Origin: Heterodontus francisci
Taxonomy: Eukaryota
Direction of reading: 5' to 3'
Assembly (NCBI RefSeq): GCF_036365525.1
Contig: NC_090380.1
Coordinates: forward strand, 115,405,942-115,469,941
Length of the DNA stretch: 64,000 bases
This document shows positions 26,100-39,923 of the stretch, in pieces (position 1 is the stretch's first letter; each line of letters begins with the position of its first letter). The position numbers and the translations under genes were made by a program. The notes under the pieces were generated by a model. That model had not been told where the DNA came from and did not search any database. It saw only the letters and a list, made by a program, of their open reading frames with translations.

Positions 26100-29000
26100 T
26101 AAATAATCTAATTGTTGGGTAATTTAAGGGGATAAATTAAGGGTGAGTCATGGCAGGGCAGCTTGGCATTGTGGAGTGCTCCTCCTGTGCAATGTGGGAA
26201 GTCAGGGACACTTCCAGTGTTCAGGGAAAACACATGTGCAGGAAGTGTCTCCAACTGCAGCGACTCGAAATCCGTGTTTCGGATCTGGAGTGGTGGCTGG
26301 AGACACTGTGGAGCATCCACGAGGCTGAGATCAGCGTGGATAGCACATACAGGGAGGTGGTCACACCGCAGGTAAAGAATGCTCAGGCAGAAAGGGAATG
26401 GTGACCACCAGGCAGAGTAGAAGAACTAGGCAGGTAGTGCAGGAGTCCCATGGGTTCATCTCCCTATCTAACAGATTTTCCACTTTGGAAATTGTTGGGG
26501 GAGATAGCTTCTCAGGGGAATGCAGCAAGAGCCAAGGCTGTGGCACCGCGGGTGGCTCAGCTGCACAAGAGGGGAGGAAAAGGAGTGGGAGAGCTATAGT
26601 AATAGGGGATTCTATCGTAAGGGGTTCAGATAGGCATTTCTGTGGCCGCAAACGTGACTCCAGGATGGTATGTTGCCTCCCTGGTCAAGGATGTCACGGA
26701 ACGGCTGCAGGACATTCTGAAGAGGGAAGGTGAACAGTCAGAGATCGTGGTACACATTGGTACCAACAACATAGGTAGAAAGAGGGATGAGGTCCTGCAA
26801 CAAGAATTTAGGGAGCTAGGTAGCAGATTAAAAAGACAATGTTGTAATCTCTGGATTACTCCCAGTGCCACGTGCTAGTGAGTATAGGAATAGGAGGATA
26901 GAGCGGATGAATGCGTGGCTGAGGAGGTGGTGCAGGGGGAGAGCTTTAGTTTCCTGGATCACTGGGTCTGTTTCTGGCAAAGGTGGGACCTGTACAAGTT
27001 GGACGGGTTGCACCTGAACTGGAACGGGACCAACATCCTTGCTGGGAGATTTGCCAGTGCTTTTGTGTTGGGGGGGGGGGAGGGGTTTAAATTAATTTGA
27101 CAGGGGGATGGGATACAGAGTGGAGGTACAGTAGGAGGTGATGCACAAATATAGAAAAGAAACTGAGTCAGTCTGGAAAGCAGAGCAAATATAGATGTTA
27201 AGGCACAAGTGAAAAATGCAAGGCTGGATTGCATCTATTTTAATGCAAGGAGCCTTACAAGTAAGGCAGATGAATTGAGGGATAAAAGCAAAATACTGCG
27301 GATGCTGGAAATCTGAAACAAAAACAAGAAATGCTGGAATCACTCAGCAGGTCTGGCAGCATCTGTGGAAAGAGAAGCAGAGTTAACGTTTCGGGTCAGA
27401 TGAATTGAGGGTGTTGATTAGCACATGGGATTATGTTATTATTGCTAACACATAGACATGGTTGAGGGAGGGGCAGGACTGGCAGCTCAATATTCCAGGG
27501 TATAGAATCTTCAGGTGTGACAGTGGAGGGGATAAAAGAGGAGGTGGCATTGCACTGTTGATTGATGAGTCAATTACTGCAGTAAGGAGGGATGATATCT
27601 TTGAAGGTTCCTCAAATGAGGCCATATGGGTAGAATGTAAAAACAAAAAGGGGGCAATCACTTGGCTGAGAGTTTACTACAGGCCTCCAAACAGTCAGGG
27701 AGAGATAGAGGAGCAGATACGTACACAAATCTCAGAGAGATGTAAAAATAATAGGGTAATAATAGTAGGGGATTTCAACTTCCCCAATTTCAACTGGGAT
27801 AGTCAGTGCAAAAGGGTTAAAGGGGGCGCAATTCTTAAAATGCATACAGGAGAGCTTTTAGAGCCGGTACGTAGAAAGTCCGACAAGAGAAGGGGCAGTA
27901 CTGGACCTAATCCTAGGGAATGAAGTGGTAGAAGTGTCAGTGGGGGAGCATTTCGGGGATAGTGACCATAACTCTGTAAGATTTAACGTAGTTATGGAAA
28001 AGGACAAAGATGGACCGGAAATAAAGGTACTGAATTGGGGGAAGGCCGATTTCAAGATGATAAAACAGGATCCCGCCAGAGTGGACTGGGAGCAGCTACT
28101 TGTAGGAAAGTCCACATCAGACCAGTGAGAGGCATTCAATGAGGAAATAGTGAGAGCTCAGAGCCAACATGTACCCGTTAAGGTGAACGTTAGGACCAAG
28201 AAGTCCAGGGAACCCTTGGTGTCAAGGGATATAGAGTATTGGATAAGGAAATAAGAGGAGGATTATGGCAGATTCAGAGTGCTGAAAACAGCGGAGGCAG
28301 TAGAGGATCATAGAAAGTGTAGGGGGGGTACTTATAAAAGTAATTAGGAAGAAGAATTAAGAAGAGGGGACATGAAATAACATGGCAGGCAAGATAAAGG
28401 AAAATCTTAAGGCGTGTTATAAGTATATTAAGGGCAAGAGGATAACCAGGGAAATAGTAGGGCCCATTAGGGACCAAAGTGGAATTTGTGTGTGGAACCA
28501 GAGGACGTAGGTGAGGTTTTAAATGATTACCTTTCATCTGTGTTCACTATGGAGAAGGACGATGTAGGTGTAGAGATCAGGGAGGGGGATTGTGATATAC
28601 TTGAACATATTAGCATTGAAAGGGAGGAAGTATTAGTTGTTTTAGTGGGCTTAAAAGTGGATAAATCCCCAGGCCCAGAAGGGCTTTGACACAAATTTTC
28701 AAATCCTCTCTGGCCACAGGAGAGGTACCAGAGGATTGGAGGACAGCGAATGTGGTACCATTATTCAAGAAGGGTAGCAGGGATAAACCAGGTAATTACA
28801 GGCCGGTGAGTCTAACATCAGTGGTAGGGAAACTATTGGAAAAGATTCTGAGGGTCAGGATTAATCTCCACTTGGAGAAGCAGGGATTAATCAGGGATCA
28901 TCAGCATGGCTTTGTCAGGGGGAGATCGTGTCTAACTAACTTGATTGAATTTTTTGAGGCGGCGACTCGATGTGTAGATGAGGGTAAAGCAATTGATGTA

Positions 29001-30160
29001 GTCTACATGGACATCAGTAAGGCTTTTGATAAGGTCCCACGTGGGAGATTGGTTAAGAAGGGATCCAGGGCAATTTGGCAAATTGGATTCAAAATTGGCT
29101 TAGTGGCAGGAAACAGAGGGTAATGTTCGAGGGTTGTTTTTGCAAGTGGAAGCCTATGACCAGTGGTGTACCGCAGGGATTGGTGCTGGGACCCTTGCTG
29201 TTTGTAATGTACATTAATGATTTAGACGTGAATATAGGAGGTATGATCAGTAAGTTCGCAGATGATACGAAAATTGGTGGTGTCGTAAATAGTGAGGAGG
29301 AAAACCTTAGATTACAGGACGAAATAGATAGGCTGGTAAGATGGGCGAAGCAGTGGCAAATGGAATTTAATCCTGAGAAGTGTGAGGTGATGCATTTTGG
29401 GAGGACTAACAAGGCAAGGGAATATGAAATGGATGGTAGAACCCTAGGAAGTACAGAGGGTCAGAGGGACCTTGGTGTACTTGTCCAAAGATCACTGAAG
29501 GCAGCAGCACAGGTAGATAAGGTGGTTAGGAAGGCATATGGGACACTAGCCTTTATTAGCCAAGGCATAGAATGTAAGAACAGGGAGGTTATGATGGAGC
29601 TGTATAAAACGCTAGTTAGGCCACAGCTGGAGTACTGTGTACAGTTCTGGGCACCACGCTATAGGAAAGATGTGATTGCAGTGGAGAGGGTGCAGAGGAG
29701 ATTCACCAGGATGTTGCCTGAGTTGGAGCATTTCAGCTATGAAGAGAGACTGGATAGGCTAGGGTTGTTTTCCTTAGAGCAGAGAAGGCTGAGGGGGGGA
29801 CCTGACTGAGGTAGACAGAATTATGAGGGGCATTGATAGGTTAGATGGGAAGAAACTTTTTCCCTTAGCGGAGCAGCCAATAACCAGGGAGCATGGATTT
29901 AAGCTAAGGGGCAGGAGGTTTAGAGGGGATTTGAGGGAAAAAAAATTTATCCAGAGGGTGGTTGGAATCTGGAACGCACTGCCTGAAGGGGTGGTAGAGG
30001 CAGGAACCCTCACAACATTTAAGAAGTATTTCGTTAAGCACTTGAAACATCATAGCATACAAGGCTACGGGCCAAGTGCTAGAAAATGGGATTAGAATGG
30101 ATAGGTGCTTGATGGCCGGCACAGACACGATGGGCCAAAGGGCCTGTTTCTGTGCTACAT
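26100..30160 (+). mobile_element. Near full-length degenerate CR1 LINE (ORF1 from 26150, APE endonuclease and RT ORF2)
   Basis: MAGQLGIVECSSC...CRKC; IGDSIVR, VHIGTN; YYRPPN, GDFN, SDHN; FADDTK. Confidence 0.9.
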
Positions 30161-30174
30161 CAAACACAAAGTCA

Positions 30175-31830
30175 CGTGTAGCCCCACTATTTAAGAAAGA
30201 GTGGAGAGAGAAAACGGAGAACTACAGACCTGTTAGCTTGACATCAGTAGTAGGGAAAATGTTAGAATCTATTATAAAGGATGTGAAAACTGAACCATTA
30301 GAAAATACTGGTAGGATTGGGCAGAGTCAACATGGATTTATGAAAAGGAAGTTATGTTTGACAAACCTGCTAGAGTATTTTGAGGATGTACTAGCAAAAT
30401 AGATAAAGGAGAATCAGTGGATGTGGTGTATTTGGATTTTCAGAAGGTTTTTGTTAAAGTCTCACACAAGAGGTTAGTAAGCAAAATTAAAGCACATGGG
30501 ATTGGGGGTAATATGCAGATATGGATTGAGAATCGGTTAACGGACAGAAAACAGAGAGTAGGAATAAACTGGTCATTCTCAGGATGGCAGGCTGTTTCTG
30601 GTGGGATACCTCAAGGATCAATGCTGGGGCCCCAGCTGTTCACAATCTCTATCAATGATTTGGATGTGGGGAACAAATGTAATACTTCCATGTTTGCTGA
30701 TGACACAAAACTTGGTGGGAATGTGAGTTGTGAGGAAGATGCAAAAAGGCTTCAAGGGGATTTAAGCAGGCGAAGTGAATGGGCAAGAACATGGCAGATG
30801 GAATATAAGGTGGAAAAGTGTGAAGTTATCCATGTTGGTAGGAAAAGCAGAAATGCAGAGTATTTCTTAAATGGTGAAAGACTGAGAAGTGTTGATGTCT
30901 AAAGGGACCTGGGTGTCCTTGTTCATGAGTCACTGAAAGCTAACATGCAGGTGCAGCAAGAAATTAGGAAGGCAAGTGGTATGTTGGTCTTTATTGCAAG
31001 AGGATTTGAGTACAGGAGTAAAGAAGTCTTGCTGCAATTGTATAGAGCCTTGGTGAGACCGCATCTGGAGTATTGTTTACAGTTTTGGTCCTAAGGAAGG
31101 ATATAGTTGCCCTAGAGGGAGTGCAGCAAAGGCTTACCAGACAAATTTCTGTGATGGTGGGATTATTCAATGAGGAGAGATTGAGGAGACTGTATTCTCT
31201 GGCGTTTAGAAGAATGAGAGGTGATCTCATTGGAACTTACAAAATACTTACAGGGCTCAACAGGGTTGATGCAGGAAGGATGTTTCCCCTGACTGCGGAG
31301 TCTAGAACCAGTGGACACACTCACAATAAAAGATGCACCATTTAGGACTGAGATGAGGAGAAATTTCTTTACTCAGAGGGTGGTGAATCTTTGGAATTCT
31401 CTACCCCAGAGGGCGGTGGAGGCTCAGTCATTGAGTGTGTTCAAGACAAAGATTTTTTATAATTTATTTGTTTGTGGGATGTGGGTGTCGCTGGCTAGGC
31501 CAGCAATGATTGTCATTCCTAATTGTCCTTGAGAAGGTGGTGGTGAGCTGCCTTCTTGAACTGTTGTTGTCCTTGGGTTGTAAATACACCCACAGTGCTG
31601 TTCGGAAGTTCCAGGATTTTGACCCAGCAACAGTGAAGGAACGGCGATACAGTTCCAAGTCAGGATGGTGTGAGGCTTGGAGGGAAACTTGCAGGTGGTG
31701 ATGTTCTAGATATTAGATATCAAGAATTTGGGATTAGTGTGGGAAAATGGTGTGATCTAGTTGAATGGAGGAGCAGGCTCGAGGGGCCGAATGGCCTACT
31801 CCTGCTCCAATTTCTGATGTTCCTATGTTC
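30175..31830 (+). mobile_element. Second CR1 family fragment, with a nested inverted LINE tail at ~31460-31705
   Basis: NYRPVSLTS, MFADDTKL, RRNFFTQRV, (CTATGTT)-like tail. Confidence 0.85.
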
Positions 31831-31869
31831 AAACACACACTCAAACACGAAGACACAATTTGTTTGGTA

Positions 31870-32562
31870 TTTTGTGGAGGTGATGGGGGGCAGGGGCTGG
31901 TGGGCCGCCATGTCATGTGCCAATAAAGCACTTAACAGGGCAGCAGTGAGCCTTCCCTGGGATTAAGGACCAAAGGGGTGGGAAGTCCTGCCCACTGAGA
32001 GTTGCCTGTCGATCAGAGGCCAGCAGCTCTTTTTCTCAGCAGCGCCGCCAGGGAGGCGGTCGCTGCTGCTAGTAATGCACCCACCCGAGTCCTAGGACCA
32101 GGACACTGGTGAGCGATGGAAAGATGGGTTTTGCAGGGTGCAGATCGTGGGGGAGGGGTTGTAGAATAGTCAGCAGCAGGAGTGGGCTCTCAGCAGGGCC
32201 CCTCTACTTCCCGATGCCAGGTTCCTTGATTCGGCACTGAATGCTTGTGAACAAGGAACCACCCAACCCCCCAACCTCAGGAGCTCGCAAGTAACCCCAC
32301 AGAAGTTTACTCATTGTGCTCCCTATGTGACGACAAGCCTGCCTATTGCTGGGCTGATAACAGCGGCGGTGGGAAGAGGCCCTTAATTAAGCATTAATTG
32401 CCCACTTAACGGTCTCAATTGGCCGTCCACGGGCCTTCCCGCTGCGGATTTAATTGGAGTGGAGGTGAGAAGCTGGCAGGGTGCCCACCTGCCACCATTC
32501 TGCCCAACTAAATGCCCTGTCCACCTCCAAACCTGCCACAGGGAGAGCATTAAATCCAGCCC
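31870..32562. mobile_element. GC-rich MITE-like element
   Basis: Ends AAATCCAGCC; internal family motifs. Confidence 0.5.
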
Positions 32563-32669
32563 AAAGACACAAACACACTCAAACACAAAGACAGCCTTCC
32601 CACCCCAGGTCAATTAATGGCCACTTAAGGCCACCTTCACCTCAATTTTTCTGAAGGCGGAGGGGCTTC

Positions 32670-34230
32670 GCACACTGAAACAGACACTCAAACACACTCT
32701 CAAACACAAAAACACAAACACACACTGAAAACAGACACTCAAACACACTCTCAAACACAAAAACACAAACACACACTGAAATCAGACACTCAAACGCACT
32801 CTCAAACACAAAAACACAAACACACACTGAAAACAGACACTCAAACACACTCTCAAACACAAAAACACACTGAAAACAGACACTCAAACACACTCTCAAA
32901 CACAAAAACACAAACACACACTGAAAACAGACACTCAAACACACTCTCAAACACAAAAACACAAACACACACTGAAAACAGATACTCAAACACACTCTCA
33001 AACACAAAAACACAAACACACACTGAAAACAGACACTCAAACACACTCTCAAACACAAAAACACAAACAGACACTCAAACACACTCTCAAAGACAAAAAC
33101 ACAAACACACACTGATAACAGACACTCAAAGACACTCTCAAACACAAAAACACACTGAAAACAGACACTCAAACACACTCTCAAACACAAAAACACAAAC
33201 ACACACTGAAAACAGACACTCAAACACACTCTCAAACACAAAAACACAAACACACACTGAAAACAGATACTCAAACACACTCTCAAACACAAAAACACAA
33301 ACACACACTGAAAACAGACACTCAAACACACTCTCAAACACAAAAACACAAACACACACTGAAAACAGACACTCAAACACACTCTCAAACGCAAAAACAC
33401 AAACACACACTGAAAACAGATACTCAAACACACTCTCAAACACAAAAACACAAACACACACTGAAAACAGATACTCAAACACACTCTCAAACACAAAAAC
33501 ACAAACACATACTGAAAACAGACACTCAAACACACTCTCAAACACAAAAACACAAACACACACTGAAATCAGACACTCAAACGCACTCTCAAACACAAAA
33601 ACACAAACACACACTGAAAACAGACACTCAAACACACTCTCAAACACACACTGAAAACAGATACTCAAACACAAAAACACAAACACACACTGAAAACAGA
33701 TACTCAACCACACTCAAACACAAAAACACAAACACACACTGAAAACAGACACAAACACACTCTCAAACACAAAAACACAAACACACACTGAAAACAGACA
33801 CTCAAACACACTCTCAAACACAAAAACACAAACACACACTGAAAACAGACACAAACACACTCTCAAACACAAAAACACAAACACACACTGAAAACAGACA
33901 CTCAAACATGCTTTCAAACACAAAAACACAAACACACACTGAAAACAGATACTCAAACACAAAAACACAAACACACTGAAAAGAGATACTCAAACACACT
34001 CTCAAACACAAAAACACAAACACACACTAAAAACAGACACTCAAAACACACTCTCAAACACAAAAACACAAGCATACACTGAAAACAGACACTCAAACAC
34101 AAAAGCACAAACACACACTCAAACACAAACACACACTTAAACACAAATACACAAACACAGACTCAAACACAAAGACACAGACACACACATGAACAGACAC
34201 ACACTTAAACGCACATCGCAAAGTCATAAA
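32670..34230. repeat. CA-rich minisatellite, ~51 bp unit
   Basis: ACACACACTGAAAACAGACACTCAAACACACTCTCAAACACAAAAACACAA repeated tandemly, degenerating at the 3' end. Confidence 0.95.
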
Positions 34231-34240
34231 CGCACACTAT

Positions 34241-36430
34241 GGCTGAATTTTGTTCTGAAGATGTGGGTCCCATTGCCGGACTGGAAGGTGGGGAGACCCT
34301 GCCGCAGCCCTCCATCAAACCACCGTAGCTATTTAATGGCGGTTAGGCAATTAACTGCCCGCTGACACTGTCCCTTTAAGGTACGAGCACTCGCCTCCAA
34401 GAACTGCTGGCCAATTGGACGGCCAGCAGCTCCACAGTCCCAGCAGCGCCACTGGGTGTGTGGTCACTGCCAGTACTACAGGAGGCCCTGCAGTGTGAAG
34501 ATGTCTGGAGACCCTGTGACTGGGGTTGGGCTCGTCGGGACCAGTCAGGCAGGCCTTAGTGACAGGGTGTGGGGTGGAGTTAGTGAGGGTCGGGAGGGTC
34601 TTCCCAGGTTGTGGGGGGGGGTGGGGGGTGGGTGGTGATTGTTGTCGTGTGGCGGGGGGGCCTCCAGGAGCCCTGGATTACCCCCAAAGGAGGGACCTCC
34701 CTAACCCCGCCAGGAGGTTGTGAGGTTTTACCTGGCGGTGTCTCCATACGGTGGCAGGCCCCTCCGCCTTCAGCAAAATTGAGGCGAAGGTGGTCTTAAG
34801 TGCCCATTAATTGGCCTGGGGTGGGAAGACTGTCCTTAGCCTTCCCCATCTCAGACTTAAATTGGAGGGTGCCGGGAAGGCAATGGCCACTCCAGTCCCT
34901 GCCTTCCAACGCAATCTTATGGCCCCCCCCCCCCCCCACCTCTGTTTCCATCCCGATGGGACGCAGCCTAAAGATAGAAACACACTCAAACACATATTCA
35001 AGCACAAAGGTGCATTCAAACACAAAAACTGGAATTCAATGGGGCCACAGGGAGCATGCTGGGAGGCAGGGGTGATAAAATCGGGTGTTGGCGTGCCCGT
35101 CGCACTTGCCAACAGTGGGACCTGCTCGGCAATTTTACTGGAATTGGCCTCCTAATTGGCCGCCTCTGGGCCCATTGTCTGATGCTGATAGTCCAATCAC
35201 AGGGCTGGCATCTTTGAAGCCTCATCTGTGCCACTGGAAGAGGTGGACACAACTGAGGTAGGTCAGAGACATCAGGGGCGCCTCAAAATGGCGGTGCCCA
35301 TCGACAGGTAAGCAATAATAAAATACTTAGATTACTGAGGGCAAAAGGCCCCACTGATCATAGGGAAAGCCGCTTTGGATGGCCTATTGGGTCCACAGGG
35401 CTGGCTTTCCCTGCCAGTGGCCCCACTTTGGGGCATGGAGTCTTCAGCGCCAGTGGCCCCCACCCCCGTACAGCCACAGGGAGGCCGCCTCCGTGAAGCT
35501 GGCAGCCTCCCCACGTGGCGGGAGGCCACTGTGCTGCTAGTAAAATGCTGGTGGTCCAGGAAAATTGATCTTAATAGGTCCTTTAATGATATAAATTAGC
35601 TGAATGCATTCATTCGGCATCTGGTCTGGGCGCTGGGAAACCTCTCCGACGGCGGGACTGCATCGAGGAGTTGTCTCGATATGGTTTCCCACTGTTTTCC
35701 CAGGCCCCTGCCTCCCAGCCCATCACGCTGGGGTGGGCAAAATCCTGTCCAAAGACACAAACACACACTCAGGCGGGAAACAGGAGCTGGGTCTGTTTTC
35801 AGGTCAGAAACCTGCCTCTGGCCGGGGAGCTGAGTAAAGTTAAGATTTTCACTTGGGTAAGCCTTTCATTGGCATGGAGATGGGTTTACTGTTTCTTAAA
35901 GAAGGTGGGTGGGCTCTTGAAGCTAGCTGTCCAATCAGACAGTCAGAAGCCTTCCAGCTGCTCTACAAGGTAAGTAACTGAGAGGGCACCTCAACAAAAA
36001 AGATGCCCTCTTGGCACTTTTTAAAATCTTTGTTAAAAAACACATAAAGCAGCCAGACCACCACTGTGGTCGGAGAGGGGGAGCCCCTCTACAGGGTGGT
36101 TTTTGGCTGTAGCTGCACCCAGGCAGGCAGGGAGGGCCTGTAGGCCTTCCAGGAGCACTGGCACCCCAGCTTGCCACTGGGCGCTCCCATCCAGGCAGTT
36201 GACCTGCACCCCTCCGTCGGATCGGGAAACCGAAGGCTGACTGGATAATCCCAGTCGGCCTCCTGAACTTACCTTTAACAAGGCTCTTAATGAGACTAAT
36301 TGTCTGGTTGCCTCATGGGGGCGGGAGTCCTTTCTGGGACCTGAGCTCGTCTCCCCCAAGATGGCCGACATCGGGATCAGCGTCCTGCAACTGATGTGCC
36401 ACCCGATGCCGGTATTTTGGGGGACCCTTC
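34241..36430. mobile_element. Three adjacent GC-rich MITE-like elements separated by CA-rich linkers
   Basis: GGCTGAATTT start at 34241; recurring TTAATTGGCC/CCAAT motifs; linkers at ~34975-35028 and ~35753-35770. Confidence 0.5.
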
Positions 36431-36670
36431 AGTTTCCATTCCCACCTCCAGGGGGACCCCAAAGATTCATCCCAAAGGTGCAAATGCATCCACAAACACG
36501 CACACACTGACAGATAATATGCACTGCAAACACATGCAGAGTAGCGATGCTTGAGGTTCTCAATAGGGTCTTTACTGAATCTCCCTCATGTGCCCACAAG
36601 ACCTTGCTATTCTGGATCAGTGCTTCCCCCTCCTGCCAAACACTGGTATTATTAATCCAGGAATTATAGA

Positions 36671-36788
36671 GGGACACCTGCTGTATGAGGTGAAGCTCCC
36701 CTGGGTCAGTGACAACAGGTAAGAAAAGAATAAGGAGAGGTTCTGGGTAATGATATTCCCCAGCCAGTCTCACTAAATAGAAACAAAC
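36671..36788 (+). promoter_or_regulatory. Cassette 3 promoter-like block
   Basis: CACCTG, TCCCCTGGG, CAGGTA, TATTCCCCAG, TAAATAGAAACAAAC. Confidence 0.6.
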
Positions 36789-36921
36789 ACTCCCACACAC
36801 TCACAGCCCAGTGTCACAGAGAGCAGCAGAAACTCTCATTGTGAGAGACAGGCAGAGTGCTTTTGAGAGAGATCTTCAAAAACTTTCGCTGTTGGTTGGA
36901 AGGACGATTTGGAGAGATTGC

Positions 36922-37099
36922 ATGGCAGCCTGGCTAGGAGGAATGATGCATGAGGAATTGTTTAACGTGATCTGGCAGGTTCAGATGTGCTGCAAAGTAT
37001 TCAATGCCTTGCCACTGAATACCAAGAGTAATGTTGTGCTGAGGCTCAGAGGGAAGGTATCGAACTCCGCACCCACCGAGCCTCCCTTTGACGTCGCAG
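36922..37099 (+). CDS. Variable first exon 3 (MAAWLGGMMHEELFNVIWQVQMCCKVFNALP...PPFDVA-G)
   Basis: ATGs at 36922/36943, CC motif, donor AG|GTAAC. Confidence 0.72.
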
Positions 37100-38190
37100 G
37101 TAACTGTGTTCTACTCGTGTGTTCCTGCAGTGTAACTGGTAACTGTGCTCGTCAGTCTGTTTGATTTATCCCAGATCTTCTGTCTCCCCAGCCCAGCCCC
37201 TCCCTCACCAATATCTGCTCTGCTCTGGTACCTCCCTTAACAGATCATTCTTCATGCTGTCCCGATCAGTTGCCCGCCTTACACCTTCTGTGGACTCAAG
37301 CTCATCCAGATCACTGCTGTCCATATCCTAACTCTCTCCGCGTTGTATTCACCAATCACCTCTCTGATTGTACCTACATTGCACCTGCCCCCTGTACCGA
37401 TATTGACTCCAGGTCCAGAATGCCTCAGTTTTAAAATTCTCAACCTTCTTTTCAAATCCCTCACATGACCCCACCCTTCCGTATCTCTGCGACATCCTCC
37501 ATCCCACAACCCTCGGAGATATCTGCGCTCCTCCAATTTTGGCCTCTTGAAAATCCCCAATTTTCATTGTCCCACAACTGCTAGCTGTGCATTCAGCTGC
37601 CTGGGCCCTAAGCTCTGGAATTCCCTCCCTAAACCTCTCTGCCTCTCTACCTCATTTCCCTCCTTTAAGACGCTCCTTTAAACCTACTTTTTTGGCCAAG
37701 CTTTTGGCCACCTGCCCTAATATCACCTTACGTTGCTCATTGTCTAGTTTTGCTTTACAGAGCTCCTGTGAAGTGCCTTGCACTGTTTTATCACCTTAAA
37801 GGAACTATATAAATACAAGATTTTGTTGTTGATTGATTCCACCACCTTCTTAACCAACATAACTCAATGAAATCGTGTATTTACCAACTGAGCCATGGGG
37901 AGGGTTTCCCGTGATTTTTAAGAAAATAAACGATTTGCTTTTATTCTGACTGACTGGTTTCACTGGAAGAAATTAATGGGGCCAAAAAAGTGAAATTACA
38001 GATTTTCACAAAATGACACTATTAATATATGACTTTGCAGGGTTATAGGAAAGGCTGTGGAATGGATTGGGTTGTTTTTCTACAGTAAAGTTGCTACATA
38101 AATGCAAGTTCTTGTTGTTGTAGCAGACCCACATTGCTTTTTTAAACATCACTATTGATAATTCAACAGTTAAAGGCTGTACTGCACAGA

Positions 38191-38330
38191 GGCAGCTGAG
38201 TTGTGAAGTGGATCTCTCCTGGGTCAGGGATAACAGGTGGCAGAAAGGAACTACAGCAACAAATGGATCTTAGGTGAAGTTATTCCCCAATCTACGATGC
38301 CAGTCCCAGAATGCGTAAATAGGAACAAAC
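38191..38330 (+). promoter_or_regulatory. Cassette 4 promoter-like block
   Basis: CAGCTG, TCTCCTGGG, CAGGTG, TATTCCCC, GTAAATAGGAACAAAC. Confidence 0.6.
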
Positions 38331-38509
38331 ACTCTGGAACAAACACAGACAAGCCAGCAGTGGACAGCGGCAGAAACTCTCACTGAGAGAAGCTGAGTTT
38401 GCAACAGGCAAGGTGCCTGTGTGTGTGAGAGAGAAAGACCTTTCGAGACCTGCCGCTGTTTGGAAGGACTATTTGGAAAGTTCCCACCGCACTGCGAGCA
38501 AGGGGAGCC

Positions 38510-38678
38510 ATGCTTATATACGGGGACCTCATTGAGATGTACTGGCGTGTGCACATGTGCTGTAAACTGTTCAGTGCCACTCCCATGGATCCCAAGGTGG
38601 GTCCTACACTGAGACTGAGAGCGAGAGGGTCTGCTTCTGAAGCTGCAGTCACCAAGGTCCCTCCCTTTGATCAAACAG
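38510..38678 (+). CDS. Variable first exon 4 (MLIYGDLIEMYWRVHMCCKLFSATP...PPFDQT-G)
   Basis: GAGCCATG, CC motif, donor AG|GTAAT. Confidence 0.72.
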
Positions 38679-39456
38679 GTAATGGTTCAGTTCTCCTGTG
38701 CCTTAGGATCATAGAATCACAACACTGAAGGAAGCCATTTGGCCCATCGTGTCTGTGCTGGCTCTTTGAAAGAGCTGTCCAATTAGTCCCTTCTACACCA
38801 CCCACATGCCCCTCCCCCCCAAGTTAGGCTCTTTGCGTATATAAACAACGGAGCGTTACCCCTGCTCCGGGTCCCTGCATAAGAGCCAACCTCCATATTT
38901 AACCCCCTCAATTCTCTTGGAAGGAACCTTTTCTTCTTGAGAATTTTGTCTGGGGAATGGAACAGGAATGCTGTTTAATTAATGCCGAAGGTTGTGTTAG
39001 ATTGCTATCGGGATGCTGTCACTTGATTTCCACTGGGATCCGGACCAAGGTTTGACAGAATGGCCGTTGTGTTTCCTTTGCTTGTGAGATCAGTTGCAGA
39101 GAGTTGCTGACCTTATATTGTTCTGCATTTATTGTAGTGAGGCTGCCCAGGTGCAGGAAGGGCGAGCGTTGGAAAATGTGTTCCCACTTCTGGAAGAAAT
39201 GAATGGGGACAACAGAGTGAAATTACAGATTTTCATAGAAAATTCTATTCATTAAAAAGCCACAAAATGACAATTTTAATGTTGTCCTTATGTACTTTAT
39301 TTTTATAGAACAATTTTTCAAAGAATTAGCACACCCTATCAGGAAAGGAAGCACAGCACAAACGATTCTCAGCCTATCTTAATTCAATGTGTTCAGCCTT
39401 GCCCAGAGACCATTTGTGCAATCGCCAATGTTTTAGTTCAAGGTTTACAGTACAGA

Positions 39457-39587
39457 GGCACCTGGTCTGTGAGGTGAAGCTCCCCTGGGTCAGTGTCGAC
39501 AGGTGAGAGAAGGATAGAGAGCGGCAGGAGGGGCTCTTGGTAAAGATATTCCCCAGTCAGTCCCAGTTTCAGTAAATAGGAACAAAC
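39457..39587 (+). promoter_or_regulatory. Cassette 5 promoter-like block
   Basis: Consensus block, near identical to 51551-51679 and 59332-59460. Confidence 0.65.
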
Positions 39588-39730
39588 ACTCTCACACACA
39601 GACACACATACACAAGCCAGCGTCACAGAGAGCGGCAGGAACATTCACTGACTCAGCAACAGGCGGTTTGCCCATGTAAGACAGCCCTTTTGGAAATCGT
39701 CTGCTACTGGTGGGGAGGACATTCCCTGGC

Positions 39731-39923
39731 ATGGTGTTAATGGGCACAATTATGATGTTCATGTACAGCGAGGCATTTCGTACCCTCTACGAGGTGCACC
39801 TGTGTTGCAAAGTCTTCAATGCCGTGCCCATGATTCCTGATAAACAGCTGGTGGTGAAGCGGAGAGAGAGAGTGTCTAATTCTGGGCCCACAGTCAGCAC
39901 CATGCCTCCCTTTGACAAGACAG
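39731..39923 (+). CDS. Variable first exon 5 (MVLMGTIMMFMYSEAFRTLYEVHLCCKVFNAVP...PPFDKT-G)
   Basis: Several in-frame ATGs (39731, 39752), CC motif, donor AG|GTAAC. Confidence 0.75.

Noticed and set aside
32642-34144. Long Cys/Val/Phe-rich ORFs on the minus strand (up to 305 aa)
   Set aside because: Translation of the 51-bp minisatellite; open in several frames with no gene context
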